Virus record (IMG/VR): IMGVR_UViG_3300037524_000424 | Span: 13,609-77,608 of that record | Direction: 5' to 3' (one strand) | Source: a virus | Taxonomy: Duplodnaviria; Caudoviricetes | DNA length: 64,000 nucleotides | In this document: positions 1-10,200 of the stretch, piece after piece | Position numbering within the stretch: the stretch's first letter is position 1 | How the letters are laid out: every line of letters starts with the position of its first letter | Notes under the pieces: model-generated | Seen by the model: only the letters and a program-made list of their open reading frames with translations | Told to the model about the DNA's origin: nothing | The model's database searches: none | Translations under genes and position numbers: made by a program

Positions 1-9
1 AACATTCAA

Positions 10-324
10 ATGACTACCCCGCTACACTTTGACATCTATGCATATAATCCATACGACTATCCTAATAAAGTTTTAGTTGAGAGGGTTGTTTATAAGAATG
101 TTAAAGATATTGTTAATATTGCGAATTTGGGACAAGGATTTATCCCGGCTTTTGGTACTATATTAAATGATGTACTAGTTTTTCCTTTTCAATATGCTCG
201 AACTATTGACTTGAAGTCCAGTCAAGGAATCGAAATTGAAGTTTGTTTAAAAAACCACATTCCGTATACAGGTGAGTTTGCTACCGTAACTTTTTACTGC
301 GTTGAAGAAGATGAGACTACTTAG
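10..324 (+). CDS. hypothetical phage protein
   Basis: 104-aa ORF coupled to the next gene; no recognised motif. Confidence 0.6.
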   Translation: MTTPLHFDIYAYNPYDYPNKVLVERVVYKNVKDIVNIANLGQGFIPAFGTILNDVLVFPFQYARTIDLKSSQGIEIEVCLKNHIPYTGEFATVTFYCVEEDETT

Positions 325-661
325 TGTCCTACTTTTTGTAGTATTCATAGTCCAAATGCTGCCTATATTACTGGTTTTAGCAGCATTACACTATATCCCA
401 GCTTTACGAATTTGGGCATATAATCTCCTCATTGGGATCGACCAATTCAGCAATACAATAATGCTGGGGTCTTATGAGGAAACTATTAGTAGTCGATTAG
501 GTAGGGCGCAGTTGTCAGGCAAACCGACTTGGTATGCTAGATGGGCACAGATTTCGGTAGATTATGTATGTGCATTGTATGGAGATTATAATCATTGCGT
601 AAATGCTATTAAACCGGGCGAGGACTATAGCAGCGAAATTTGGTCTTGGATACGGGAGTAG
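302..661 (+). CDS. phage membrane protein (IDQxxNT...ETISSR family)
   Basis: N-terminal TM segment; LIGIDQFSNTIMLGSYEETISSRLGR matches a widespread small phage family. Confidence 0.6.
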   Translation: MKKMRLLSVLLFVVFIVQMLPILLVLAALHYIPALRIWAYNLLIGIDQFSNTIMLGSYEETISSRLGRAQLSGKPTWYARWAQISVDYVCALYGDYNHCVNAIKPGEDYSSEIWSWIRE

Positions 662-960
662 ATATGGAACTTTATGAAAAATTATTGAATAAAATTAAAG
701 AGTTGCAGGAAAGTGGAGTGCCATTACTATTTTTTCGAGATCCTAGAACCAAGTTACCATCAGTTAGTTTGACTATGATGCTAATATCATTTCTATTGGT
801 ATTGATAGGATTGATTAATAAATGGGCACAAATCGTGCAAGGAATCGAGATAGATGGGGCGATGGAGTTGCTTTATGTGACCTCTGGCTTGTACTTCGGG
901 CGCGCAATTTCGAAGCGCACCTATAATGCAGCCGATCAAGGCAAGGGCGAAGATAAATAG
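640..960 (+). CDS. holin-like membrane protein
   Basis: Two hydrophobic segments, charged C-terminus; true start probably ATG 664. Confidence 0.45.
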   Translation: MVLDTGVDMELYEKLLNKIKELQESGVPLLFFRDPRTKLPSVSLTMMLISFLLVLIGLINKWAQIVQGIEIDGAMELLYVTSGLYFGRAISKRTYNAADQGKGEDK

Positions 961-966
961 TCCTAG

Positions 967-976
967 CATCAAGTAT
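967..976 (+). promoter_or_regulatory. CATCAAGTAT motif upstream of portal (putative late promoter)
   Basis: Identical 10-mer also at 5032, 6527, 10947, 13711, 15743, 21310, 62069; all intergenic. Confidence 0.7.
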
Positions 977-1001
977 TAGTATAATCAAAAAAGGGACTTA
1001 C

Positions 1002-3071
1002 ATGGCAAGAAAGAATAATGGATATTTTGCTGCTAGGGAATCGGAAGAGGCAGTTTCGGCTATCCAGTCCAAAATTGACGGTTGGGCGACCACACTAAGA
1101 AGCAACGGTTATATTGACAAACTACGTAATATGTATAATGCATATCACGGAGCATACTTCGACACTACCGGAGACTCCCATCAAATCAGTTTTGGTGGAG
1201 ATGACGGAGAAATAGTTCAAATCGCAGTAAATCATATCCGAAACATTGGCGAACACATGGTCACGATGATGACCAGTTCTCGTCCTGCTATGGAATGTCG
1301 TGCCGCTAATACCGACTATCAATCACTTATCCAAACTCAACTAGGTAATGGTCTTTTGGACTATTATATGCGAGAAAAACGTCTTGAAGAATACTTCGTT
1401 GACGCTTGTAGGTTGGCAGTATGTCTAGGTTCGGGCTGGATTAAGTTAAACTGGAACGCCACCTTAGGTAACGTAGTCAACCAGGAAGAAATAGACCAGG
1501 CACTAGAGGCTGGTGAAGAAGCTCCGATTAAGGACTACGAAGGCGACCTAGAGTATGATGTGGTTTCTCCTTTGGATATTATCCTAGATTTAAGTCAAGA
1601 AAATCGAGAACATGACTGGATTATTTGCCGCAGCTATAAAAACCGCTATGACCTTATTGCCAAGTATCCCGACTTAGAAAGTGAGATTGAGGGAATCGAG
1701 AGCAAGTCCAGACTAGATGGTATTAACGTATCCTCTTCAATCATGGACGAAACCGATTTAATTCCAGTATTTGAGTTCTATCATAAGAGAACTGCTGCTA
1801 TGCCCAATGGCAGATATATCTTTTTCTCCTCAAGCAATACAATTTACTATGATGGTGACTTGCCATACCGCAAAATTCCAGTTTATCCCATCTACTTTTC
1901 AAGAATTTTAGGAAGTCCATTAGGATATACAGCATTGTTTGATGTTCTGCCCATTCAGGACGCTATGAACACTCTTTATAGCAGCGCACTAAGTAATAAC
2001 GTAGCGTTCGGGACTCAGAACATCCTAGTTCCTAATGGTAGTAACGTAGACATGAACCAACTCGGTGGGTCACTAAACGTTATTACCTACAATCAACAAG
2101 CAGGACCTCCTACACCTTTGAACTTGACCAACACAAGTCCTGAACTATATAATTTTGTTAATATGTTGAATGGACTAGCTGAAACTATTTCAGGGATTAA
2201 CTCTGTAGTTCGGGGCAATCCAGAAGCATCCTTACGTTCTGCATCTGCTATTGCTATGATTCAGTCAAATGCTATTCAGTTTATGTCTAGTTTGCAGGCA
2301 TCCTATACCTACTTAATAGAAAACGTCGGAATGGGAACCTTAGAGATACTTCAGGACTTTGCTACCAGCCCAAGGATTGCTAATATCGTTGGAGAAAGCG
2401 GAAAATCCTACATGAAGACTTTTAAGGGAACTGACATTATTAAGATTAATCGGGTTATTATTGATAGTGCTAATCCTTTGACCCGAACCATCTCTGGTAG
2501 ACTTCAGATGGCGGATAATCTTCTCCAGTACCAACTTCTCAAAGACCCACAACAATATATAAATATAATCAATAACGGGAAACTAGAGGTTGGAACCGAA
2601 GGGACTATGAAATCCTTCAACCTAATTCGGGGTGAGAACGAAGCGATGATGCAAGGGATTCCTCAGAGGGCATTAGTCTTAGATGACCACGCTCGACATA
2701 TTTCAGAACACGCCAGTCTATTAGCTGATCCTATTTTCCGTGATCCAAGTGCTGAACAACTACAAGAAATCGTGCTATCTCATATCCAAGAACATAAAGA
2801 TTTGTGGGTAAATGCTGACCCTGCTATATTAATGGCAACAGGGCAACAACCAGCACCACAACCAGAACCTCAGCAACCTCCACCAGGACAACCACCCCAA
2901 GCAGGAGAACCTCCGCAAGCCGAAACTGTACCCCAGGATGTAAATCAACAACCACCTCAAGAACAAGCTGGAGCAGAAGTAAATCAAACTAGATTTCCCG
3001 ACGGATTCGATGAAACAAACACGCCACTGACTCCTGAGCAGAACGCTCAGAATTTAGGCTTACGAGGATAA
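1002..3071 (+). CDS. portal (head-tail connector) protein
   Basis: 689 aa, first large gene of head module, P22-like portal features, Pro/Gln-rich C-terminal tail. Confidence 0.85.
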   Translation: MARKNNGYFAARESEEAVSAIQSKIDGWATTLRSNGYIDKLRNMYNAYHGAYFDTTGDSHQISFGGDDGEIVQIAVNHIRNIGEHMVTMMTSSRPAMECRAANTDYQSLIQTQLGNGLLDYYMREKRLEEYFVDACRLAVCLGSGWIKLNWNATLGNVVNQEEIDQALEAGEEAPIKDYEGDLEYDVVSPLDIILDLSQENREHDWIICRSYKNRYDLIAKYPDLESEIEGIESKSRLDGINVSSSIMDETDLIPVFEFYHKRTAAMPNGRYIFFSSSNTIYYDGDLPYRKIPVYPIYFSRILGSPLGYTALFDVLPIQDAMNTLYSSALSNNVAFGTQNILVPNGSNVDMNQLGGSLNVITYNQQAGPPTPLNLTNTSPELYNFVNMLNGLAETISGINSVVRGNPEASLRSASAIAMIQSNAIQFMSSLQASYTYLIENVGMGTLEILQDFATSPRIANIVGESGKSYMKTFKGTDIIKINRVIIDSANPLTRTISGRLQMADNLLQYQLLKDPQQYINIINNGKLEVGTEGTMKSFNLIRGENEAMMQGIPQRALVLDDHARHISEHASLLADPIFRDPSAEQLQEIVLSHIQEHKDLWVNADPAILMATGQQPAPQPEPQQPPPGQPPQAGEPPQAETVPQDVNQQPPQEQAGAEVNQTRFPDGFDETNTPLTPEQNAQNLGLRG

Positions 3072-3072
3072 T

Positions 3073-3690
3073 ATGGCGAAATTTGAAGAACTTAAAAACA
3101 AACTTTTAGTCGGCAAACTAACCCCAGACGAAGAGGCAGAATATCTGGCAGCTTTGAAAGAAAAACAGCTAGAAACAGGTAAATACGACACTAATAAAGC
3201 GAGAATGTTAGATCAAGAGAGAACCGACAGAATGTTGAGGGAGAGAGGGGAGAGACTATTAAATCCTGCATCTCCAAAAGATCTTCCTGAAAAAGTATGG
3301 GATGCTAAAGCTGCTCGTGGGGCTAAAGATGTAGCCGAAGAAGTGCCAACTCTTTACGACTTAGATGAGGAAAAGTTGCGCTATAAAGAACTTATGAAAG
3401 AACAGAAACGGGCGGATATGCTGTCCGGGAAGGGCACTAAAAGATTCGGCAAGATAGCCGGAAAGTTGGGGAAAAAAGTTGCCATGGGGATACCTCTTAT
3501 TGGTCCAGCAATAGCTGGCATTTCTGCTTTAGCGACCAACGATGCGGCAGCCGCAGTTCCCTTTCTAAATGAAGCAGAGGATACCGGAGCTGCTCCAGGA
3601 TCATTGTCGGCTAAACTAGAGTCTGGACAACGACTTACTCCCGAGGAAATGGAAGAATTTAAACGGCAAATGGAAAAAGAACTGGAGTAA
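3073..3690 (+). CDS. hypothetical head-module protein
   Basis: Charged ORF 1 nt after portal stop, with a Gly/Ala hydrophobic segment. Confidence 0.65.
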   Translation: MAKFEELKNKLLVGKLTPDEEAEYLAALKEKQLETGKYDTNKARMLDQERTDRMLRERGERLLNPASPKDLPEKVWDAKAARGAKDVAEEVPTLYDLDEEKLRYKELMKEQKRADMLSGKGTKRFGKIAGKLGKKVAMGIPLIGPAIAGISALATNDAAAAVPFLNEAEDTGAAPGSLSAKLESGQRLTPEEMEEFKRQMEKELE

Positions 3691-3692
3691 CT

Positions 3693-4007
3693 ATGAAGGA
3701 AAAACTTAAAGCATTTTTGGATAAATTAAACAAACAGTCCGATCCTTTAAGCGAAGAAGTTAATCCTCGTAGCCGAGAAGTTATGAATAAAATGCTGGAT
3801 GACTCTCCGCTCCAAGACGACGAGTATTACTACGAACCGGGAGAGAGCGAAGAAGATAATATCCCGAGAGAAGTCCATGCTGAGAGAAAAGCAAAAATCC
3901 AAGAACGCAGAATGGCGGACTGGAGAAAGATGGACAAAGAATATAAGAATAAACCTAGTTTCAAGAAGTTAATGCAGAAAATGGGAATAAGTAAAGAAGA
4001 AGAATAG
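3693..4007 (+). CDS. hypothetical protein
   Basis: Highly charged 104-aa ORF in the operon. Confidence 0.65.
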   Translation: MKEKLKAFLDKLNKQSDPLSEEVNPRSREVMNKMLDDSPLQDDEYYYEPGESEEDNIPREVHAERKAKIQERRMADWRKMDKEYKNKPSFKKLMQKMGISKEEE

Positions 4008-4070
4008 TCCTATCCAATATCGGACGGACATATCCTTGCCTACCTAAGGGCGGCAACATAAGGAGTATTT

Positions 4071-5030
4071 ATGAGTAACGAGGCAATCGCCGAAAGTGTC
4101 GACGCATCTAGCGAGTCCGCGGAAACCCCCGTAGAGAGCATTTCAGAGGCATCTGACGCATCCGAAGAGGCAACCCCTAGTCAGGGTGAGGCTGAACTTC
4201 AAAAAGCGTTAGAAACCAAGATTAAGAGTTTAAAACTCAAAATTGACGGGCAGGAAATTTCCGAGGACCTCCCCTTTGAAGTAACCCCCGAACAAGCAGA
4301 GTGGCTGAAAAAAGAACTTCAATTAGCCCGAGTCTCCAGTAAACGTATGCAAGAAGCTGCCGAACTGAGAAAGAAAACTATCCAGTCAGAAGAAGAAGTC
4401 CAGAATTTCATTAACTATTTGAAAGCTAACCCCATGGAAGTATTAGAGAAAATGGGATTGGACACCAAAGAAATCAGCGAGAAACGACTTCAAGCTGAAA
4501 TTGAAAAGATGCAGATGTCTGACGAGGAAAGAAAAATCCAAGAACTTCAGGAAAAAGTTCGTGCTTATGAGGAAGAGCAAAAACGGATTAAGGAACAATC
4601 CAAGTTGGAAAGAGAAGAAGCACTTCGGAATCAATATGCTGCCGAGTATGAAAAGGATTTGATGGCAACTTTGGAAGAGTCAGGTTTGGGCTATAATCCA
4701 GAAATCATTCAACGTCTTAACCAGTACATGCATACAGCATTAAAGTTGGGAATTAATCTGTCTTATAAAGACTTAATGCCGATGGTAACTGAAAGTATTA
4801 ATGCTGATATTGCTAAGTTAGTGTCCAGTTTTTCAGTTGAGCAGATTGAGAAGTTGTTGGGCGAAGATAAGATTAAAGGACTCGTAAGTAAGCGAAAAGT
4901 CGTGAAAAAGGAAGTTCCTCCAACGGCTAAGAGTATTACTGATACAACTGTAGCAAAGACCAAGGAAGATCCGTTTAAAAGGGTTTTTAAAAGTGGTCCA
5001 AATGCTAGAGACTTCTTTAATGGTATCTAG
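4071..5030 (+). CDS. capsid scaffolding protein
   Basis: Acidic N-terminus, long coiled coil, directly upstream of capsid gene; SD AAGGAG. Confidence 0.75.
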   Translation: MSNEAIAESVDASSESAETPVESISEASDASEEATPSQGEAELQKALETKIKSLKLKIDGQEISEDLPFEVTPEQAEWLKKELQLARVSSKRMQEAAELRKKTIQSEEEVQNFINYLKANPMEVLEKMGLDTKEISEKRLQAEIEKMQMSDEERKIQELQEKVRAYEEEQKRIKEQSKLEREEALRNQYAAEYEKDLMATLEESGLGYNPEIIQRLNQYMHTALKLGINLSYKDLMPMVTESINADIAKLVSSFSVEQIEKLLGEDKIKGLVSKRKVVKKEVPPTAKSITDTTVAKTKEDPFKRVFKSGPNARDFFNGI

Positions 5031-5031
5031 T

Positions 5032-5041
5032 CATCAAGTAT
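5032..5041 (+). promoter_or_regulatory. CATCAAGTAT motif upstream of major capsid gene
   Basis: Exact motif copy 1 nt after scaffold stop. Confidence 0.7.
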
Positions 5042-5050
5042 AAATAGATA

Positions 5051-5150
5051 GGGTTTATTTATCGCAGTTACCGTATTCTATGCGATTGCCTAATACCCGC
5101 AAGGATTTAGGACATACCAATTGGTTGAAGTAATGATGATAAATAGCTTT
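5051..5150 (+). ncRNA. structured 5' leader of major capsid gene
   Basis: ATCGCA 5061-66/TGCGAT 5081-86; CCTAA 5089-93/TTAGG 5107-11 enclosing CC-GCAA-GG; TATTTATC 5056-63/GATAAATA 5138-45. Confidence 0.45.
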
Positions 5151-5197
5151 GAGTGTAGAGTTGTTTATTATTATTTAATTTTAACTAGGAGTTTAAA

Positions 5198-6475
5198 ATG
5201 TCTGAATTTAACGATATGGCTACCTTAACTGGTTTCCATAAAATTGTCTATGGTGATAAACTCACCGATTTAGTTCCAGAAGGTGTAAAACTTGCAAAAA
5301 TGGTAGCTTTCTCAAAAGCTGACAAACGTCAAGGGTTGGAGTATCGTACTCCTGTAAACCTAAGATTAGAGCACGGGGTAAGTTACTTGGGACCAAACGG
5401 AAATCAAACTTCTTTACAAACAGCAATTGCTGGTGCTACTGCTGAAGCCTCTGTAAAGGGTTGTGAAATGATTCTTCGAGGACGTATTGGTATTGCTGCT
5501 ATTTCTCGTTCTGTAAACGATAAAGCATCTTACGGTCGCGCTACTAAACACGTTATTAAGAATCTATTGATTTCTTCTTACAAGAAACATGAACAAATGT
5601 TGTTCTACGGTCAGTCAGGTTTAGCCGTTGTTGAAAGTATCAGTGGTCAAATAGTAAAATTGACTGTTGATAGTTTTGCTCCTGGTATTTGGGCTGGCGC
5701 AGAAGGTATGAAAATTGACTTCTATGATAGTTTAGACCCTCTTGTTGGTACTCAACAAGGTGCAGTAACTAGTGGTTATTCTATTTCTAGTGTTAATATT
5801 CGTACTCGTGAATTGACTGTAGTTGGTTCATTGGCTGGTGTTGCTGCTGGTGACTTCGTACTTGAATTTGGAGCTTTTAGCAACGAATTTCTTGGTTTAG
5901 AAGCCATGTTAAAAGAATCTGCCGGTAATGTTTTCGGAATCTCTACTGCTAACTACTCTCTTTGGAGAGGAAACGTATACGATTTAGTAGCCGATGGCGG
6001 AGAAACTGCTCCTGCTCCTTTGTCCTTCAAACACATCTCTATGGCAATTGCCGATGCAGTTTCTAAGGGGTTAGAAGGTAAACTAGATTGTTTCGTAAAC
6101 CCCAAAACTTGGGCAGATTTGTTGAATGAGCAAACCGCTCTTCGTTCTTTTGACTCTTCTTACAGCGTTAAAAAATACGAAAACGGTAGCCAAGCCATTC
6201 AATTCTACTCACAAAACGGTTTGATTGAAATTCACTCTTCAACTTATGTAAAACAAAGTCTTGCTTTCTTACTAGACCTTTCTTGTTTTACTCGGGTTGG
6301 TTCAAGTGACATTACTTTCAATCTTCCTGGAACAAACGAAGAATTTATGGTTAAATTGCAAGAACACAATGCAATCGAGTACCGCACTTATTGTGACGTT
6401 GCTCTTTTCTGTGATGCAATTGGTCATAACATTCTGATTTCTTCTATCAAAAACAGTCCTGACTATAATCCGTAG
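5198..6475 (+). CDS. major capsid protein
   Basis: 425 aa after scaffold, strong SD AGGAG, followed by terminator, HK97-fold-like composition. Confidence 0.85.
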   Translation: MSEFNDMATLTGFHKIVYGDKLTDLVPEGVKLAKMVAFSKADKRQGLEYRTPVNLRLEHGVSYLGPNGNQTSLQTAIAGATAEASVKGCEMILRGRIGIAAISRSVNDKASYGRATKHVIKNLLISSYKKHEQMLFYGQSGLAVVESISGQIVKLTVDSFAPGIWAGAEGMKIDFYDSLDPLVGTQQGAVTSGYSISSVNIRTRELTVVGSLAGVAAGDFVLEFGAFSNEFLGLEAMLKESAGNVFGISTANYSLWRGNVYDLVADGGETAPAPLSFKHISMAIADAVSKGLEGKLDCFVNPKTWADLLNEQTALRSFDSSYSVKKYENGSQAIQFYSQNGLIEIHSSTYVKQSLAFLLDLSCFTRVGSSDITFNLPGTNEEFMVKLQEHNAIEYRTYCDVALFCDAIGHNILISSIKNSPDYNP

Positions 6476-6484
6476 TCATTTTCA

Positions 6485-6512
6485 GCCGGGGAGTTCTTCC
6501 CCGGTTTTCTCT
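6485..6512 (+). terminator. Rho-independent terminator after capsid gene
   Basis: CCGGGGA-gttct-TCCCCGG followed by TTTTCTCT. Confidence 0.8.
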
Positions 6513-6526
6513 CTCCTCTCCCTAGT

Positions 6527-6536
6527 CATCAAGTAT
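6527..6536 (+). promoter_or_regulatory. CATCAAGTAT motif
   Basis: Exact copy downstream of the terminator, positioned to re-start transcription. Confidence 0.7.
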
Positions 6537-6562
6537 ACTATATACCCCCTGGGAGTTTAATC

Positions 6563-7132
6563 ATGTCTAAGAAAATCAATCTCGGTTCTAGCCAATATAC
6601 TCTTTCAACCCAAGGAGACCCTGCTGGTTGGGGAGAGGAACAGTCTGACCTTATCGAAGCCATCGTAGACTCAATTAACGGTTTCTTTGGTCCAGGAGAC
6701 ATCCTTCCGGTTTCGTCCTTAATCGAAAACGATACACCAGACTTTAAACCAGTTCCATCGCTACAGTTTAATAGTGCCCTAGTCCGTTTTGCAGAAATTA
6801 ACTATACAATAATCCGTACTAGCAGAATCCAACTCCTTCCTGTAATTAACAATGTTATTTATGAGGTAGGTAAAATTTTCACATTAAATGATCCAAATAC
6901 AGGAACTTGGGCACTAAACGTCCAAAATGTAAGCGGTAATGGGGACGAACTTCCTGGAGTTTTTGTAGATGCCCCAACTTCTGGTGAGGTAGGAAGTGCC
7001 GGAGTAGAGTTTAGGATTAATAGTTTTGGTCAGGTTGAATATAAATCAAGAGAAATGTCTGGAGACTATCAAAACAACGAATCCTATATCAACTTTAGTG
7101 CTAAAGCAATCGTAAAACAAAGGATCGTATAA
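6563..7132 (+). CDS. virion structural protein
   Basis: Shares a YxI.R...W.L...AGV.F.I...GQV.Y.S domain with 10560..10946 and the C-terminus of 7232..10543. Confidence 0.65.
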   Translation: MSKKINLGSSQYTLSTQGDPAGWGEEQSDLIEAIVDSINGFFGPGDILPVSSLIENDTPDFKPVPSLQFNSALVRFAEINYTIIRTSRIQLLPVINNVIYEVGKIFTLNDPNTGTWALNVQNVSGNGDELPGVFVDAPTSGEVGSAGVEFRINSFGQVEYKSREMSGDYQNNESYINFSAKAIVKQRIV

Positions 7133-7173
7133 TGGGCTGCGGTAAGAAAAAAGGTAAGAAAACTAAGAAGTAA
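7132..7173 (+). CDS. 13-aa basic micropeptide MGCGKKKGKKTKK
   Basis: TAATG stop/start overlap with upstream gene; AGGA 7 nt upstream; below the ORF-track size cut-off. Confidence 0.5.
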   Translation: MGCGKKKGKKTKK

Positions 7174-7231
7174 TCCAATCGTTCTAGTTGGTTAGAAGCC
7201 GCTGGAAACAGTGTGACACTAGGAGACATCA

Positions 7232-10200
7232 ATGGCAACTCGTCGTTTTTATTCATTCACCAAGGGCATCATTCTTAAACCCGAAAACAGCGACCCCACA
7301 GATAACATCGAAGGGTCAGTCTGGGTTAGAGCGTCAGAACTCAAGGCGTTTCTAGATGGAAACGTACGCACTTTAGTCAGCACTAACCAAATACAGACAA
7401 TATCCATGAAATTCTTAGACGCTACAAACGTCGTAGAATATGAACCGACTGGGGCACCTTCAGGATTAATCGCTGATAATGTCCAGGGTGCTATAGTTGA
7501 AATTGAAGGACGGATTATAGCCGACGAACAGGCATTAGCAGACCACATAGGAGAAGATGAGGGTGCCCACGCTGCTTCAGCTATTAGCGTAGTTCCGACT
7601 GGCAATTTAGCCGCCATTGAAGTCCAGGCAGCACTAGAAGAACTCCAAGGTGACATTGATAACATTAATGCTGAAACTTATGTAAACAGTTTTAATACAC
7701 GGACAGGAGATGTAGTAGCCGAAACTAGCGACTATGACGCCGACCAAGTCGACTATGATAACACTACCTCATTATTGACTGCTACTGACGTTCAAGCCGC
7801 GATTGATGAAGTAGACTTTGACTTGGATACTCATAAGGGTAATGCCGCAATTCACTTCACTGAGGGCAGTATTGACCATGATAATATCCAAAATGTAGGC
7901 ACTAACACCCACTCTCAGATTGACTCACATATAGCCGACACCAGCATACACTTTACTTCTGGAAGTATCAGTCACTTAGACATTCAGGATATTGGACTTA
8001 ACACTCACGATGATATTGATGATCACATAGCCGCGACTTCAGCACACGGAGTTACCGGGGATGTAGTTGGCACTTCAGATACACAAGTTTTAAGCAATAA
8101 AAGGTTTAGTGATGCTATTACGTTGACCGAGATTGCCACTCCAGCAAATCCTGCCGCTACTCAGTATAAGATATATCCAAAAAATGACGGAAAGATTTAT
8201 AAACTGGATAGTTTGGGTAATGAGGTAGAGATTGGAGGAGGCGGAGGCTACGACTTACAAGGGAGTATGACTGTTGCTAATGATGAAGCCGGGGAAGATA
8301 TTTCAGGATTTATGCTTAATCCTATAGCGGGAGAACACGTTAAGGTTGATTATAGTGTGACTAGGAAGCATGACGGTTCTGATGTGACTGCTAGTTTTGA
8401 TGCTCCAGTTGCTGGAGTAACTGGAAATGTAGAACTAGAAGCCGATATTGCAGGAGTTGGCGGTAACTCTATCCTTTTAGTTAACGATTATGTTCCACCA
8501 GTTGCTGCGTCTTTTGATGCCCCTATAACCGGACTTACTGGGAACGCAGAACTAGTAGCAGATGTTGCTGGTAGTGCTGGTAATAGTATATTACTGTCTC
8601 ATAATTATTTAGCTGCTACCCAAGCTAGTTTTAATGCACCAGTAGCAGGAGTTACTGGAAACGTAAATTTACAAGCAAATAATGCAGGTACTGTTGGTAA
8701 TAGTATATTATTGACTGGAGCATTTTTACCGCCATCATTAGACCTCTTTTATACTAATGCTGTAGATGGTGCTAAATTTAATGGGGCAATATATTCTATT
8801 TCAAGACAATCTAATGGACAAATACTAGTTGCAGGAAATTTTACTAATTATGATGGAGTATCTGGTCGCTCTTATTTAGTTAGATTAAATTCTAATGGAA
8901 GTACAGATACTGCATTTTGTAATGCAGCCGTAGATGGGGGCAAATTTAATGCGGTAGTACTGATCGTATTGGCTCAACAAAATGGGCAAATTTTAGTCGG
9001 AGGGTCATTCACTAGTTATAATTCCACTTTTGGAAGAAATGCCTTGGTTAGACTAAACTCTGATGGAAGTACAGATACTGCATTTTGTACCAATGCCATA
9101 GATATTTCTAAATTTGCTTCAGGAACTAGTGCTGTTTTAAGTTTAACCGAACAAGCAAATAATCAAATTTTGGTAGGAGGGCAGTTTACTAGTTATGGGG
9201 GGTTTACTGGGAGAAATATGCTAATTCGTCTCAATTCTGACGGAAATCTCGATACTTTATTTTGTAATAATGCAGTAGACGGGGCAAAATTTGGGAATCC
9301 TTGTAGATCTATGGTCGAGCAATTAGATGGAAAAATAATAGTTGGAGGAACTATACCTAACTATGGAGGAACAACTGGAAGAAATAACCTAATACGACTT
9401 AATTCTAATGGGACTTTAGATACTGCCTTTTGTAATAATGCTACTGATAGTAATAAATTTGCTTCTACTGTGAATAAATGCTCACTCCAGACCGATGGGT
9501 CAATAATAGTAGCAGGGGTCTTTTCAGATTATGCAGGAACTTCAGGAAGAAGTAGGTTAGTTAGGTTGGATTCTAATGGTAATTTAGATACTATCTTTTG
9601 TAATAATGCTACCGACGGTAATAAATTTAACAATATACTATATGGAAATGTCATACAATCCGATGGTAAAATTCTAATCGGCGGGTATTTTACCGATTAT
9701 GCGGGAACTACTGGAAGAAGTAGATTAATACGCCTTAATACTGATGGTACTCTCGATACTGCCTTTTGTAATAATGCATCTGACGGTACAAAAATATCTG
9801 ACTTCATTTTAGATATAATAGTACAACCTGACAATAAAATTCTAGTTGGTGGAGACTTTTTAAACTATAATGGAACTACTGGCAGAAACCGACTACTCAG
9901 ACTCAGCCCTACCGGCACAGTAAACGAAAATATACTCAAAACACTAACTACCTTAGTTTCCGAATGGAACGCCGCAAATCCAGGCAACCAAGTTACCCTA
10001 TTGAGTGGAAATGGAGCAAATCAACCTAATGATGGTGCCCCTATGCAATTAGCAGGAGGAACAAACTCCAGTGGTTCTACGCTAAATACCTTAGCAACCA
10101 ACTGGAACTCTGCAAATCCAGGTAATACTGTAACTATACTATCAGCTAATGGAGGTCAAGTACCACAGCAAAATATACAGTTAACCGGCGGATTGGACGC

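Noticed and set aside
7174-7231. tRNA gene (AGTTGGTTAGA resembles a D-arm)
   Set aside because: No anticodon arm, TTCRA T-arm or acceptor stem; I recognised no tRNA anywhere in the window
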